A DNA stretch of 63,473 nucleotides, filler included, from Pirum gemmata (taxonomy: Eukaryota), in NCBI GenBank assembly GCA_002812295.1. It is 18 parts of 18 records of this genome, joined end to end, with 100 filler letters (N's around TTAATTAATTAA, not from the genome) between each part and the next. Parts side by side here need not be neighbours in the genome. Positions count along the whole stretch, not along the records: positions 1 to 3,279 come from PDIN01002904.1; positions 3,380 to 6,645 come from PDIN01002905.1; positions 6,746 to 10,033 come from PDIN01002906.1; positions 10,134 to 13,388 come from PDIN01002907.1; 14 more parts are not named here. The stretch is one strand, 5' to 3'. The notes under the pieces are model-generated. The model was not told where the DNA came from. It saw only the letters and a program-made list of their open reading frames with translations, and ran no database searches. The translations under genes and the position numbers were made by a program. Of this stretch, positions 1-11,213 are shown piece after piece; within the stretch, counting starts at the first letter, position 1; each line of letters opens with the position of its first letter.

Positions 1-22
1 ATTATTATTATTATTATTATAG

Positions 23-209
23 TATTGCTTGGTTGATCAATTTAATTGTTACTGGAAGTGTAGCTTACTTTATGGTTAACAAAGCTATGGCTCCGGAAAA
101 TCAAAAGCCTCCTTCCCCCAACCGCCGAACAACTAGGTTACAAGCAAAAGCTAGAGAAATGCTGAAACAAAAAGAAGCCCAAGCAAATAAATCAAAAAAG
201 ACTGATTAA
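23..209 (+). CDS. Last exon of a membrane protein with C-terminal dilysine ER-retrieval motif (5' part outside the window)
   Basis: After an (ATT)n tract ending in TATAG, the frame reads IAWLINLIVTGSVAYFMVNK...ANKSKKTD* (TAA 207-209): a hydrophobic segment followed by a KKxx end. Not in the ORF track. Confidence 0.6.
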
Positions 210-349
210 TTGGTTAACTTTATTTTTTAATATTAACTTTAACTAATTAGTATTTTAGTATTAATAATGATTTTCTTATGTTATTATTAAGCTGATAATT
301 ATAATGATAAAAACTGTATATAACATCTTCAACAATAGCACGAATATAT

Positions 350-543
350 CAACAACCACAACCACAACCACAACCACAACCACAACCACAACCACAACCA
401 CAACCACAACCACAACCACAACCACAACCACAACCACAACCACAACCACAACCACAACNACAACCACAACCACAACCACAACCACAACCACAACCACAAC
501 CACAACCACAACCACAACCACAACCACAACCACAACAACAACC
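350..543. repeat. (ACCACA)n microsatellite within a larger unit repeated three times
   Basis: Hexamer array preceded by ATAACATCTTCAACAATA(G/A)CAC; the same arrangement recurs at ~850-975 and ~1570-1700. Confidence 0.9.
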
Positions 544-2169
544 AAAAGTCAAAAAAGACTGATTAATTGAATAACTTTGTTTTTTAATATTATCCTTAAC
601 TAATTAGAATTTTAGTATTAATAATGATTTTCTTATGTTATTATTAAGCTTATATAGTAACAATAGAATAAGAGTATTAATGTAGAAAATATTGCTATAT
701 GTACATGTGTCGGTTGTTTTACCAGGTAATAGTTAATTAAATTTTGTGTTATTAATTCATATAAAGTTGGAATTAAGGAACACTGTTTAGAAATAATGAC
801 AATGATGATAATGATAATGATAATGATAATGATAATGATAAAACACTGTATATAACATCTTCAACAATAGCACCAATATACCAACAACCACAACCACAAC
901 CACAACCACAACCACAACCACAACCACAACCACAACCACAACCACAACCACAAACACAAACACAAACACAACCACATACACAAAATTAAATATCATAATG
1001 TATTATATATTATCAATGATATACACGGATACGTAAACGCTGCTATAGTGCAAACAAGCTAAAAACGTCCGACTTTTGAGTTTCACTATAATTTCAGTTT
1101 TCGAACATAAGTAATGTAATAGTTATTAAATAGATTTGCAATATTCGAACATATATAATATATATAAGGCAATAGAGAAAATATTCGCAATTAAGAAATC
1201 TAGGTGTCTTAAATAGGAATTCCAAGTCTTATTTTTATGGTTTTTATATTACTAAAAATGGTTAAAAGTCTTAGTTTTACTTAATTTGGTTATTAATTGG
1301 CTTTTATTGGTATTTTTATTATTTTATCCAGTTAAAACAGTAGAGTCTTAATTTATTTTACCAAATATATATGTGTGTGTGATTTTTAACCAGTAAAGTT
1401 TTTTGATTATTTGCAATATAATGATGAATATTGCCGTACACACGTGCTGGTTGTACATCATAGTTATTATTCAATTTATAAGTAAAACTTATGGAATTAA
1501 AGAACACTGTTTAGAAGTAATATTAATAATAATAATAATAATAATAATATTGATATTGATATACATTACATATAACATCTTCAACAATAACACCAATATA
1601 TCAACCACAACCACAACAACCACAACCATAACCACAACCACAACAACCACAACCATAACCACAACCACAACCATAACCATAACCATAATCACAACCACAT
1701 ATACAGCATTAAATAACATAATAATAATAATAATATTATATGTATAGAACCAGATTTGGGTCTTTCAGCCCTTGGTCTATATATATCAATATAAATGACA
1801 TTGTATGCGTAAACGCTGACGATGATGATAATTGATATACGTAAACGCTGACGATGATGATAATTGATATATACATAATGTACAAAAAGTGTTGGTATGT
1901 GTAACTTATTAACAAACTATCAATTCCAATATAGTATAATAAAAATGTTAAAGTTAATTAAATGTTAATACTCGATTCTACTTTATTATTAAAAATAATG
2001 ATAATAAAAAAATCTATTAATTATAATGTTATAAATAATAATAATAATAAATAATCCGTGTTTTTCAATAGTATTGTCCAGCTTTAAAAAATTAAAAACT
2101 GAAATAAACGTTAAAACATACCAAATTATCAGTATAGTTAAACTATCAGACATTTTTTGATTATTTTGG

Positions 2170-2211
2170 CCTAACCCTAACCCTAACCCTAACCCTAACC
2201 CTAACCCTAAC
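2170..2211. repeat. Interstitial (CCCTAA)n telomere-type array
   Basis: Direct reading. Similar arrays at ~3230-3279, 5611-5698, 13338-13388, 16085-16118, 16744-16941, 39197-39390, 44316-44437, 51020-51250. Confidence 0.95.
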
Positions 2212-2523
2212 AAACTATCAATTCCAATATAGTATAATAAAAATGTTAAAGTTAATTAAATATTAATACTCGATTCTACTTTATTATTAAAAATAATGAT
2301 AATAAAAAAATCTATTTAATACTTTATTATTAAAAATAATGATAATAAAAAAATCTATTAATTATAATGTTATAAATAATAATAATAATAAATAATCCGT
2401 GTTTTTCAAAAGTTCAAGTATACAGTTAAATTAAAGATTGAGAAGACAACTGTAATGAAATAGTCGATATTGATAAGACTATGATATAGTAAAATACTTA
2501 TTCATATCAAAGACTAGTCTACT

Positions 2524-2660
2524 AATACTTCACGTCAAGGGGTAGGTAGGTAGGTGGGATTTGACCGGAAATTAACGTCGAGGGGTAGGTAGGTGGGGGG
2601 TATTTGAAGCTGTATTTGATTGGAAATTGGTGTTACGTAGTAAGTATGTGAATGCTCCCC
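2524..2660 (+). mobile_element. G-rich MITE (family F, Harbinger-like ends)
   Basis: TCAAGGGGTAGGTAGG...GGAAATTAACGTCGAGGGG...GTTACGTAG. Copies at ~36626-36759, 38983-39143 (reverse) and 54075-54204. The right end GAACGCTCCC is shared with family E. Confidence 0.75.
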
Positions 2661-2681
2661 GCAGGGTATTATTTTTTAAAA

Positions 2682-2921
2682 GGGAACGTTCATAAAGGAC
2701 GTCACTTATTCTTTGATAAAAGTCATTTGCTCGAAAGTTTGACTTAAACTGTTTTAATTTAAGGCAGTAATTAATTATTCATTACTCGAAAGTGTGACTT
2801 AAACTGTTTTAAGGCAGTAATTAGTTATTAAAATGAACTTTAAAATTATGACCAAAAGTGTTTTGGACAAAGGGGCATAGGTATTAAAAAGATTAGGTGA
2901 TGCCCTTTATGGATGATTCCT
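2682..2921 (+). mobile_element. MITE (family G)
   Basis: Imperfect TIRs GGGAACGTTCATAAAGGACGTCAC / GTGATGCCCTTTATGGATGATTCC. Copies at ~11533-11678 and 12945-13084 (reverse). Confidence 0.7.
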
Positions 2922-2989
2922 TATCATAGGGATTACTTGAGTGATTAGTCTATAATATATAATAGCTAGACCTATTATTAGAGACTGAT

Positions 2990-3201
2990 GATCGCGTTTT
3001 TCAATTATGTTTGTTTTCCAGTTCAAAAACTGAAATAAAACAAACCAAATTATTATTATGGTTAAACTATCAGACATGTTTTAATTATTTAGGTATTTTA
3101 TACTTAATGTTAACGTTGTATTTTATAAACAAGTTCAATTATACACTTAAACAGCACCAAATTAAAGATTGAGAGGATAACTGTAATGAAATAGACAATA
3201 T
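2990..3201 (+). mobile_element. MITE (family B)
   Basis: ~200-bp dispersed repeat ATCG(C/T)GTTTTTCA...GTAATGAAATAGAC(G/A)ATA. Copies at ~2054-2160, 13095-13270 (reverse), 26748-26886, 30888-31085, 37714-37845, 47655-47830. Confidence 0.75.
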
Positions 3202-3279
3202 TACACATGTAACACATGAATTTACGTACTAACCCTAACCCTCACCCTAACCCTAACCCTAACCCTAACCCTAACCCTA

Positions 3280-3379
3280 NNNNNNNNNNNNNNNNNNNNN
3301 NNNNNNNNNNNNNNNNNNNNNNNTTAATTAATTAANNNNNNNNNNNNNNNNNNNNNNNNNNNNNNNNNNNNNNNNNNNN
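3280..3379. other. Artificial contig linker (44 N, TTAATTAATTAA, 44 N)
   Basis: Identical 100-bp spacer with stops in all six frames, also starting at 6646, 10034, 13389, 16773, 20161, 23572, 26941, 30284, 33693, 38795, 42197, 45606, 49918, 53268, 56659, 60067. Plain N gaps at 10594-10703, 21367-21458, 54031-54074. Confidence 0.99.
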
Positions 3380-3466
3380 AAATAAATAAATAAATAAATA
3401 AATAAATAAATCTTTATACAATATTAAAACGAAGCGTTTTAAATGGAAGGCCGAAAAGGAGTACAT

Positions 3467-4554
3467 TTATAACGCGAGTTCATCGACTATATCGCCTTTG
3501 TAGTACCCGTACCAACCATTTAGAACACTCAATCCTAAATAAATCAATCCCCAACACGCCAATAATTTTGTTTTTTTATTGCTAGATAAAAAAAACATAA
3601 TTGATTAAATAAGTGGTAGTGGTAGTGGAAGTGGAAGTGGTAGTGGTAGTCAAATTAGTCCGGTTAAGTTTGGTTGTTAGGTTGTTAATATCATCATTAG
3701 AAAAACAAAACAAAACAAAGCAAAACAAAACAAAACAAAACAAAATAAAATAAAACAAAATAAAAAGTAAATAAATTTATTAGTAAAATATAGAGCTTCA
3801 ATAACTGAATTTATGTTATTTTTGGGATCATATTTGTAAATAACTAAATTTATATGATTTATATCCAAGGAGTCTACATCCAAACATTAACACCGATAGC
3901 AAAACTGTTTGTAAATAACTAAATTTATATGATTTTTATATTATATATACAAAAAAGGTACAGCAATAGGGCATACAAAGGTTAAAAAAGCCGCCAACAC
4001 ATTTAGTTTCTTTGATTTTCTTACTTCCACAATTTTGCGTTGTATGTTTTGTGTTTCGCTTTGTATTTGTTTTGATTTCTCTTGATACCGTTTGTATAAT
4101 TCACTATTTGGTTCAATCTTTTCTCTGAAATGGGCGTGTACACTAATTTTTTGAAGAATAACTTGCTCGTCATAAAGAAGATTAATTTCATGTTTGGTGT
4201 TGATTAGATATTTTTCGTTTTCTTTAAAAAAAATTGTTAATTCAACACGACAATTGTCAGAATGTTCTTTTGAAATCTTTTCTATTAATTCTAAATCTCT
4301 CTTTAATGATTTGTCTTCTGTATATCTCAATGATTCAAACTTTGGTTTAACACAATTATCCACAGAATTCGCAAAGATTCTCATTGCCTCACAACTAGTC
4401 TTATTAGATTTATGATCGAAGTTCGCCGCATTCAATTTATATATCAACTGTATTTGATCATTCCTGCAAGTGGAAAAAAGAACATAATAAGATTAATAGA
4501 GAAATACGAGTTTAAGTATCATTATCATTAACAACAAAAATAATGTAATAAATA

Positions 4555-4606
<52 letters not shown>

Positions 4607-6376
4607 TATAAAAACGCTTAACTATACATCAACATCAACATCAACATCAATATCATCATCATTAACAACAAATATATATAATATTGAACCTACTCATGAA
4701 CCTACTCATGAACCTACTCCTGAACGAACCTACTCATATATAACACCTTATACTTAAACCAATAATCATTAAATCATATATTTATTGAAATCGTATATAT
4801 TATATAAATGTAAATAAAAGAAATGTATACCAATATTTTTCAAAAATTTTGTGTTCAACTTGAGCTAATCTACGATCCGTACTTTGCTGCGTTAACTTTA
4901 TTAATTCAATTACATTTTCGAAATATTCTTGTTTGATTTTCGGTAATTTTTTTTCCATATTATCTCTTCCCTTCTCGTCGTAGTCAGGATCTACTATCTT
5001 ATTCTGCATTGGCATAATAAAAGTTTCCTCGTAACGTTTTTTTGCCTCCGCCATTTCCATCTTGAAAAGTTTACGCCTTATAATTTATACATAATCACAA
5101 CAATGAAACCAATTAGTATAATAACGATTACAACAAACAAAAGCAATGGAATAATGTATCAGGTGAAATATCATGTGCTAGTTCGAATAGACATTTGAAA
5201 ATTGCCGCAATTTCAACATAACGGTTATTGTTGAGGACGTTAAACAAAATATATACATATATATGATACATTATTCCATTGCTTTTATTTGTTGTAATCA
5301 TTATTATACTAATGTACTGATGTTTTATTGTGTGTGTGTGCTGTGTGTATGTAATTGTTTTCTAAACGTTATATTATTATTGCAATTATTGTGATTATGA
5401 TTATTGCAATTATTACAGTTATTCTAATTATGATTATAAATGTTATTGGATTTTACCTTGTTTGTGACGCAATTGATTCCATTAATAATACATTTTCATA
5501 GTGGCCTTGGCTAATACTTTTTTGTTTTATGAATTTAAGGTTAAACGAAATCTTAGTTAAAGGAAATAATAGTAAATTTTCTACTACATATATTATAGTA
5601 TAGAGTTATTGGGTTAGGGTTAGGGTTAGGGTTAGGGTTAGGGTCAGGGTTAGGGTTAGGGTTAGGGTTAGGGTTAGGGTTAGGGTTAGGGTTAGGGTGA
5701 TAAATTTTATTACATATATACCTGCTAACTACCTCCGATAATTGAATAAAGTAACTCTTCCCACCAATGTATTTTATACTGTTTGGATGATCACACTGTG
5801 AAAAGATTTTATTCTTCATTCGAGAAAGTGTATCTAAAAATAAAGACCCATCTCCTGCATTACCTGCTAATAAATCTTCTTTCTTATGGAACACCATGTC
5901 TACGTCTGGTTAGATAATTAAAATACAGTGTAAGTTTGATTATAATATAATATTTTAGCAAGTTTGATTATTGATATAATATAGATTTTATAATATTATG
6001 TAATACATACATATTTAATATATTATATAAGCTTACTCTTATGATCTAGTTTTGGGAAACTCCAAATGGTAACTGTTTTAAATTTTTCTTTTAATTGTTG
6101 ATAAGATTTAAGTGGCTTCAAACAATTTGTCTCCAAATCTTCGTTCGTATCTGTTAGCATATTGAAGGTTATGTGAAGGTTACTTTTATTTTTTCTTTTT
6201 ATTTTCTCCATTGTTCTTGTTAATTTTACAAACCTGTCGTCCATATTAATTTTATCACATTTTTTGAAATTTAATATTAGACTATTAGACGTAGCTTCAA
6301 ATGGCAAACTTAGGTAACCGTCGTACTCTGTGTGTGAATTTAGAACCTGGTCATTGGATCCTATACAGAAATACAT
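3467..6376 (-). CDS. Multi-exon guanylate-binding protein/atlastin-like protein with two C-terminal hydrophobic helices (probably 5'-partial)
   Basis: Phase-consistent GT-AG model: 6376-6037, 5905-5722, 5510-5457 (acceptor uncertain), 5076-4831, 4463-3951, 3581-3467. FKTVTIWSFP...SLFLDTLSRMKNKIF...ESIASQTRRKLFKMEMAEAKKRYEETF resembles the end of the GBP GTPase domain and the start of the helical domain. The C-terminus is VLAAFLTFVCPIAVPFF-NKKTK-LLACWGLIYLGLSVLNGWYGYY. Confidence 0.6.
5112..5313. repeat. Intronic 50-bp inverted repeat with 102-bp spacer
   Basis: 5112-5161 is the reverse complement of 5264-5313 with 2 mismatches. Confidence 0.9.
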
Positions 6377-6427
6377 TTTGTATTTTTCAAAAACATTTAA
6401 TTAATAAAAGATTTGGCTAGTTGTTCA

Positions 6428-6645
6428 GTTAAGGTTAGAGTAAGGGTTAAGGTTAGGGTTAAGGTTAGAGTTAAGGTTAGAGTTAAGGTTAGAGTTAAGG
6501 TTAGAGTTAAGGTTAGAGTTAGAGTTAAGGTTAGAGTTAAGGTTAGAGTTAGAGTTAAGGTTAGAGTTAAGGGTTAGGGTTAAGGGTTAGAGTTAGAGTT
6601 AAGGGTTAGGGTTAAGGGTTAGGGTTAAGGGTTAGGGTTAAGGGT
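6428..6645. repeat. Variant telomere-like array (TTAAGG/TTAGAG/TTAGGG)
   Basis: Direct reading; runs to the contig end. Confidence 0.9.
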
Positions 6646-7216
6646 NNNNNNNNNNNNNNNNNNNNNNNNNNNNNNNNNNNNNNNNNNNNTTAATTAATTA
6701 ANNNNNNNNNNNNNNNNNNNNNNNNNNNNNNNNNNNNNNNNNNNNAAAAAAAAAAAAAAAAAAAAACTGTAAACACTACTTTTGTATAATATAATATTAT
6801 ATTATTATCAATTCCATACTTCCTCGGTAATTTATAATACATCATACATATAAATTTTTGGAAATATTTTCAAAATTTTAAAATAATGACTTTATATCTG
6901 AATCATATATATAAATGTCGATTTTATTTTATTATTTTTGAAAAAAAAGAAAAAAAAATTAAAATTAGAAAAATAAACTGTAAAATTAAAAAAAAAAAAT
7001 TAATTGTAAAAAAATAACTTTTAAAATATTAATAATATTAATAAATAAAACAGCAAATGAATGACTTTTATTAATTTGTAATAATAAGTTTCATTCAAAA
7101 AAATAAAAAAGGTAAACTATAAACTTATATCTATATTAATTTCAAGTAATTATACTAAAAAACTTTTAAAACCAATTAAATACATCTCCAAAGCAAATTT
7201 AACTAAATATATTGAA

Positions 7217-8921
7217 ATGACTTTTGAACATAAAGGAAAAAAGAGCACAGCATTGCTTTTTGGAGGTAAAAAAAAAAAAAATGCAACTACAGGTACAGTA
7301 AACAACGGACCAACAACCGAGTCTCTATCGGAGATACCAAGAGAAAGAAGAAGATTAAACGTGGGAAGACAAGCCAGACCCAATTCAGCAACAGTATCAT
7401 CAAAGTCAACTTTAGCTGCACAGTGTGTAACTACTGACACAAATAATGAAACAACAATCACTACAAATCTAAATACAGAAGGAAATTTAAAACATAATCA
7501 AATAACAACCGAATCTTCATTGGGGTCAAGAAGAGGTAGAGTAGAAAGATCTAGTAGGTCTAGGCCAACGAAATCTAATTCAACAATCATTACAACAAAA
7601 CAAACAACATCAAACACCACTACAGATGTTACAACAACACAAGCGACGACGTCGACTACAGAATCTCAGGCGAATAACGAAAAAAAGACAGATTATTCGC
7701 TAGATTCAGGTAGAAAAAGAAAACCAAATGTGGAAAGAAGAAGACCCAGACCAAATTCTACAATAATAGGGTTAGAAAGTGTGGCAGCAACAACAACGCC
7801 GCAGACAAAATTAAAAAGACACTCTTTAGTAGAAATCAATTCTAACCAACAATCAAAAACCGATCACGAGGAAATGATATCACCACAACAATCCAAAGCT
7901 GAAGCAATAACATCTCCAACGTACACTACCTCAGGGTCATTGGGAAAATCAAGTATCAGAACAATCCCTAGCATAACGATGGTAAAAGAAAACACAGAAC
8001 TAGAAACACCACAGGTCATAAAAACACAGATAGAAGAAACAATATCAATATTGCCAACACCAAGACCTCCGCCACCTAAACGTACTTCTTTTAGAAGAAA
8101 ACACGTGGAAAAAGAAGAACATAAAGTTGATACTCCTAAAAGTTTAGAAAAGGTAGAAATTAAAAATGAATATATTACTGAAAAAAAAGTAGAAGCAACT
8201 AGAAAAAAGGAGAAAAATGAAAATAACGTCAATACTCTTACAACTAGCACTGTACAAAAAATACAAAAAACACCTGTAAAAACTAAAGGAACTTCATCGG
8301 CACTTCAAAGGCGAGTAAGATGTGTTAAAAACGAAGAAAACGAATTCGAAAATAATGTTAATACTCCCACAACTGTACAAAAGATAGATAAGATAGAAGA
8401 CAAAAATGAACAAACTATAGTTAGCTATAGTACTGCAGAGAAAACAGAAAATAAAATAATACAAGCAGAAGTACCTGAAGTAGAAGAAGCAACCAATGCT
8501 ACTTTAACAATGACAATAAACGCAACAGAACATCCTGAACCTTTCAAAACACCGGCAAAACCAAAACCTACAACAGTGGCAATGAACGCAACAGAACATC
8601 CTGAACCTTTCGTAACACCGACAAAACCAAAAGGAATTTCATCTGCACTTCAAAGAAGAATAAGATGTGTTAACCCAAAAGAAAGATCTAATTCCGAAAT
8701 TAATTATAATAATAACTTTGAAGAAGATTTAGCCCCAATAACTAAACCATTACACTCTTTTAGTGTGCCGTCCATTGTTATTACAGATGTCATGGACCGA
8801 ATGTTTGTGAAAGAAGAGAATGATGATGAAAATAATGACGGTAACAATCTTGGTCTTGATCTTGAAAATGGTGTTTACTTTAATGTAAAAACCAAGAAAA
8901 CTTTTTACCTTGATGATGATA

Positions 8922-8953
<32 letters not shown>

Positions 8954-9721
8954 TTTAATAAGTTTTTATTGGGTGATATATCAGAAGCAATCCTAAATAA
9001 TGTAGAGGATAAAGTAGTTAACAATGCTGATGTTTCATTTCAAAACGATGTCAAAAATGAAAAAAAAGGGGATACTGGTTATATGTTTTCCCTTATAAAA
9101 GATTTACTAGAAGAAAATATCAGTGATCATCAATTTAATTTTGATAGTGATAGTAATAGTTGCGAAAGTGATACAGATAATCTTCAAAGTAGTATAATTA
9201 CTAGTACTCCATACCAGTTCTCAGAAAGCGAGCTTTTCGAACACAATCAAATGTTAGAACAAATTCAAAAATTTAAAAACGAAACGAGTCAAGACTTAAT
9301 CAATCACGCTGGAGAAAGTGATATTGATACTATTAATTCTAAGAGCGCATTAAAGAAAAAAGGTAGTGTAACGCAAAAAGAGAGTGATATTGATACTATA
9401 AATACTCAGAGCAGATTCAAGAAAAAAGGTAGTGTAAAACGAAAAAAGAAGAATAAGAGAAAGAGTGTAATGCTTAAAGAATGCTTTGAATTAGGGGAAC
9501 ATAACGTAAATGATATGATTGATTTGTTAAATATTGACATGGCTGATGTTACGATAGAAACTGGATTTTTTTTAAATATTGAAACGGGGTTTTTACGGGA
9601 GGAAGAAGAAGCAAAATCTACATCTTGTTTTGGATCATTGTTTTGTTGTTTTGGTTCGTCGAATTCTAAAACAACCCCACAACCTACTGATAAGGAGAAT
9701 TTTAAGTATTTAGTATATTAA
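7217..9721 (+). CDS. Intronless 834-aa low-complexity (T/E/K/N/S-rich) protein with internal duplications
   Basis: Long ORF in an AT-rich background. Paired repeats KG(T/I)SSALQRR(V/I)RCV, NATEHPEPF, ESDIDTIN..KKKGSV; Cys cluster SCFGSLFCCFGS near the C-terminus. Confidence 0.85.
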
Positions 9722-11058
9722 ATTTTATTCCACACACACATATATATATAGATATATACATATATATGGTATATATAGTATATTAAATTTTATTTCATAT
9801 AATATTGAGGAAATGTACTAAATATTATTAATAGTTCAATTATAAATATAATTACATAGAGTATATATAATTATTACATAATACAGCCAAAAACTAAACA
9901 CCCAACAATCTACCGATAAGGAAAATATTAAGTATATACATATATACATACATACATAAATACATATATATAGCAATGCTAGCCCAATACCATTATTATT
10001 ATTATAAATTATTATTATTATTATTACTATTATNNNNNNNNNNNNNNNNNNNNNNNNNNNNNNNNNNNNNNNNNNNNTTAATTAATTAANNNNNNNNNNN
10101 NNNNNNNNNNNNNNNNNNNNNNNNNNNNNNNNNTTACTATTACTATTACTATTACTATTGTATGATACCTCCGATGTTACGGTGATGTGATGTAGCTATG
10201 GCGGGAATCTCAAGTAGCACCCTAGCTAGCTAGCTAGCTAGCTAGCTGGTAGACTACTAGCTAGGTGGTGTAGTTAGAACTGTAGTTAGCCACATTTTAA
10301 CTCCTAAAAGGGAGCATTTAATGACGTCAGCATAACACACAGACTCCACTCTCGGCCTTCTGGCCCTACCAGATGAAAATAATAATTATTAGCTTTCAGA
10401 ATGTGATCTAAGTAATTAAAATAGAAATATCGAAGAAAGATATTTTCAAAAAAAGTGATTATTACTTTTTTCCCACCCTAAAAATATTCGCAAAAAAAAA
10501 GTGGATTCTCGAAAAATTAGGTAGCTCAGGTATAAAAATAATTTGGCCAGTAGACTAGCATTCTATTTTCTATAGAAAATGGTGTAAAGATTTNNNNNNN
10601 NNNNNNNNNNNNNNNNNNNNNNNNNNNNNNNNNNNNNNNNNNNNNNNNNNNNNNNNNNNNNNNNNNNNNNNNNNNNNNNNNNNNNNNNNNNNNNNNNNNN
10701 NNNAATAACTTTTGAACTAAACGAGCTATTGAAATGAAACTTTCACTTTTCTCATTTACTTTTTCGAAACGAATCCATTGATACCAATAGTCTATTGGAT
10801 GAAATAATTTTTAACTCTAAAAAATTTTAAAAAATTAAAAAAGAAAAATACATTAATTTTTAGGCCCGGAAAAAAGTAAGTGAAAATAGAAATAATATCA
10901 TAGCTAGATAATAATATAATATAGAAAAGAAAAACAGAACAAGTCAAAATTGGAAAAAAAAATAAGTAAGAGTTAAGTAAGTAATAAATGTGTTCAGTAA
11001 ATGTGTTGTTGAATGTTGTTGAGTGGTAAATTCTGGTAATAACATAAAAAATAATTCT

Positions 11059-11213
11059 TATCGTGCTTTTCATTTATTTTGTCACTCTGAATATTTATTT
11101 GGAGGGTTATAATATTTAAATTGGCATTTTTAAATCAAATGGATGCATATTGTATTAATTTGGTACTATTTATTGTATATTTTATGATGACAAAACAAAT
11201 GAAAAGCACTATA
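11059..11213 (+). mobile_element. MITE (family A, most abundant)
   Basis: TIRs TATCGTGCTTTTCATTTATTTTGTCA / TGACAAAACAAATGAAAAGCACTATA. Copies at ~13885-14049, 27041-27145, 27655-27841, 29789-29912, 36286-36471, 48489-48616, 48697-48850, 55122-55288, 59900-60066, 61206-61371, in both orientations. Confidence 0.85.

Noticed and set aside
276..570. Homopolymeric or dipeptide ORFs (polyV/T, LW, CG; also 17890-18251, 39471-39959, 62533-63058)
   Set aside because: Translations of microsatellites, some lying in introns of real genes.
3230..3279. Gene-sized telomere-capped nanochromosomes
   Set aside because: Several contigs end on the right with CCCTAA (wrong polarity), most ends are other microsatellites, and arrays occur inside introns. 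These are assembly breakpoints.
3280..3379. Regularly spaced TTAATTAATTAA motif every ~3.3 kb
   Set aside because: Artificial six-frame-stop linker in N padding. Neighbouring contigs cannot be treated as linked, so no gene cluster spanning linkers is claimed.
7150..8250. Minus-strand ORFs 7150-7461 and 7864-8250, and other antisense ORFs over real genes
   Set aside because: Shadow frames of the longer sense ORFs.
10349..10380. CTCGGCCTTCTGGC resembling the U2 snRNA 5' stem
   Set aside because: Lacks the following TAAGATCAAGTGTAGTA branch-pairing sequence.
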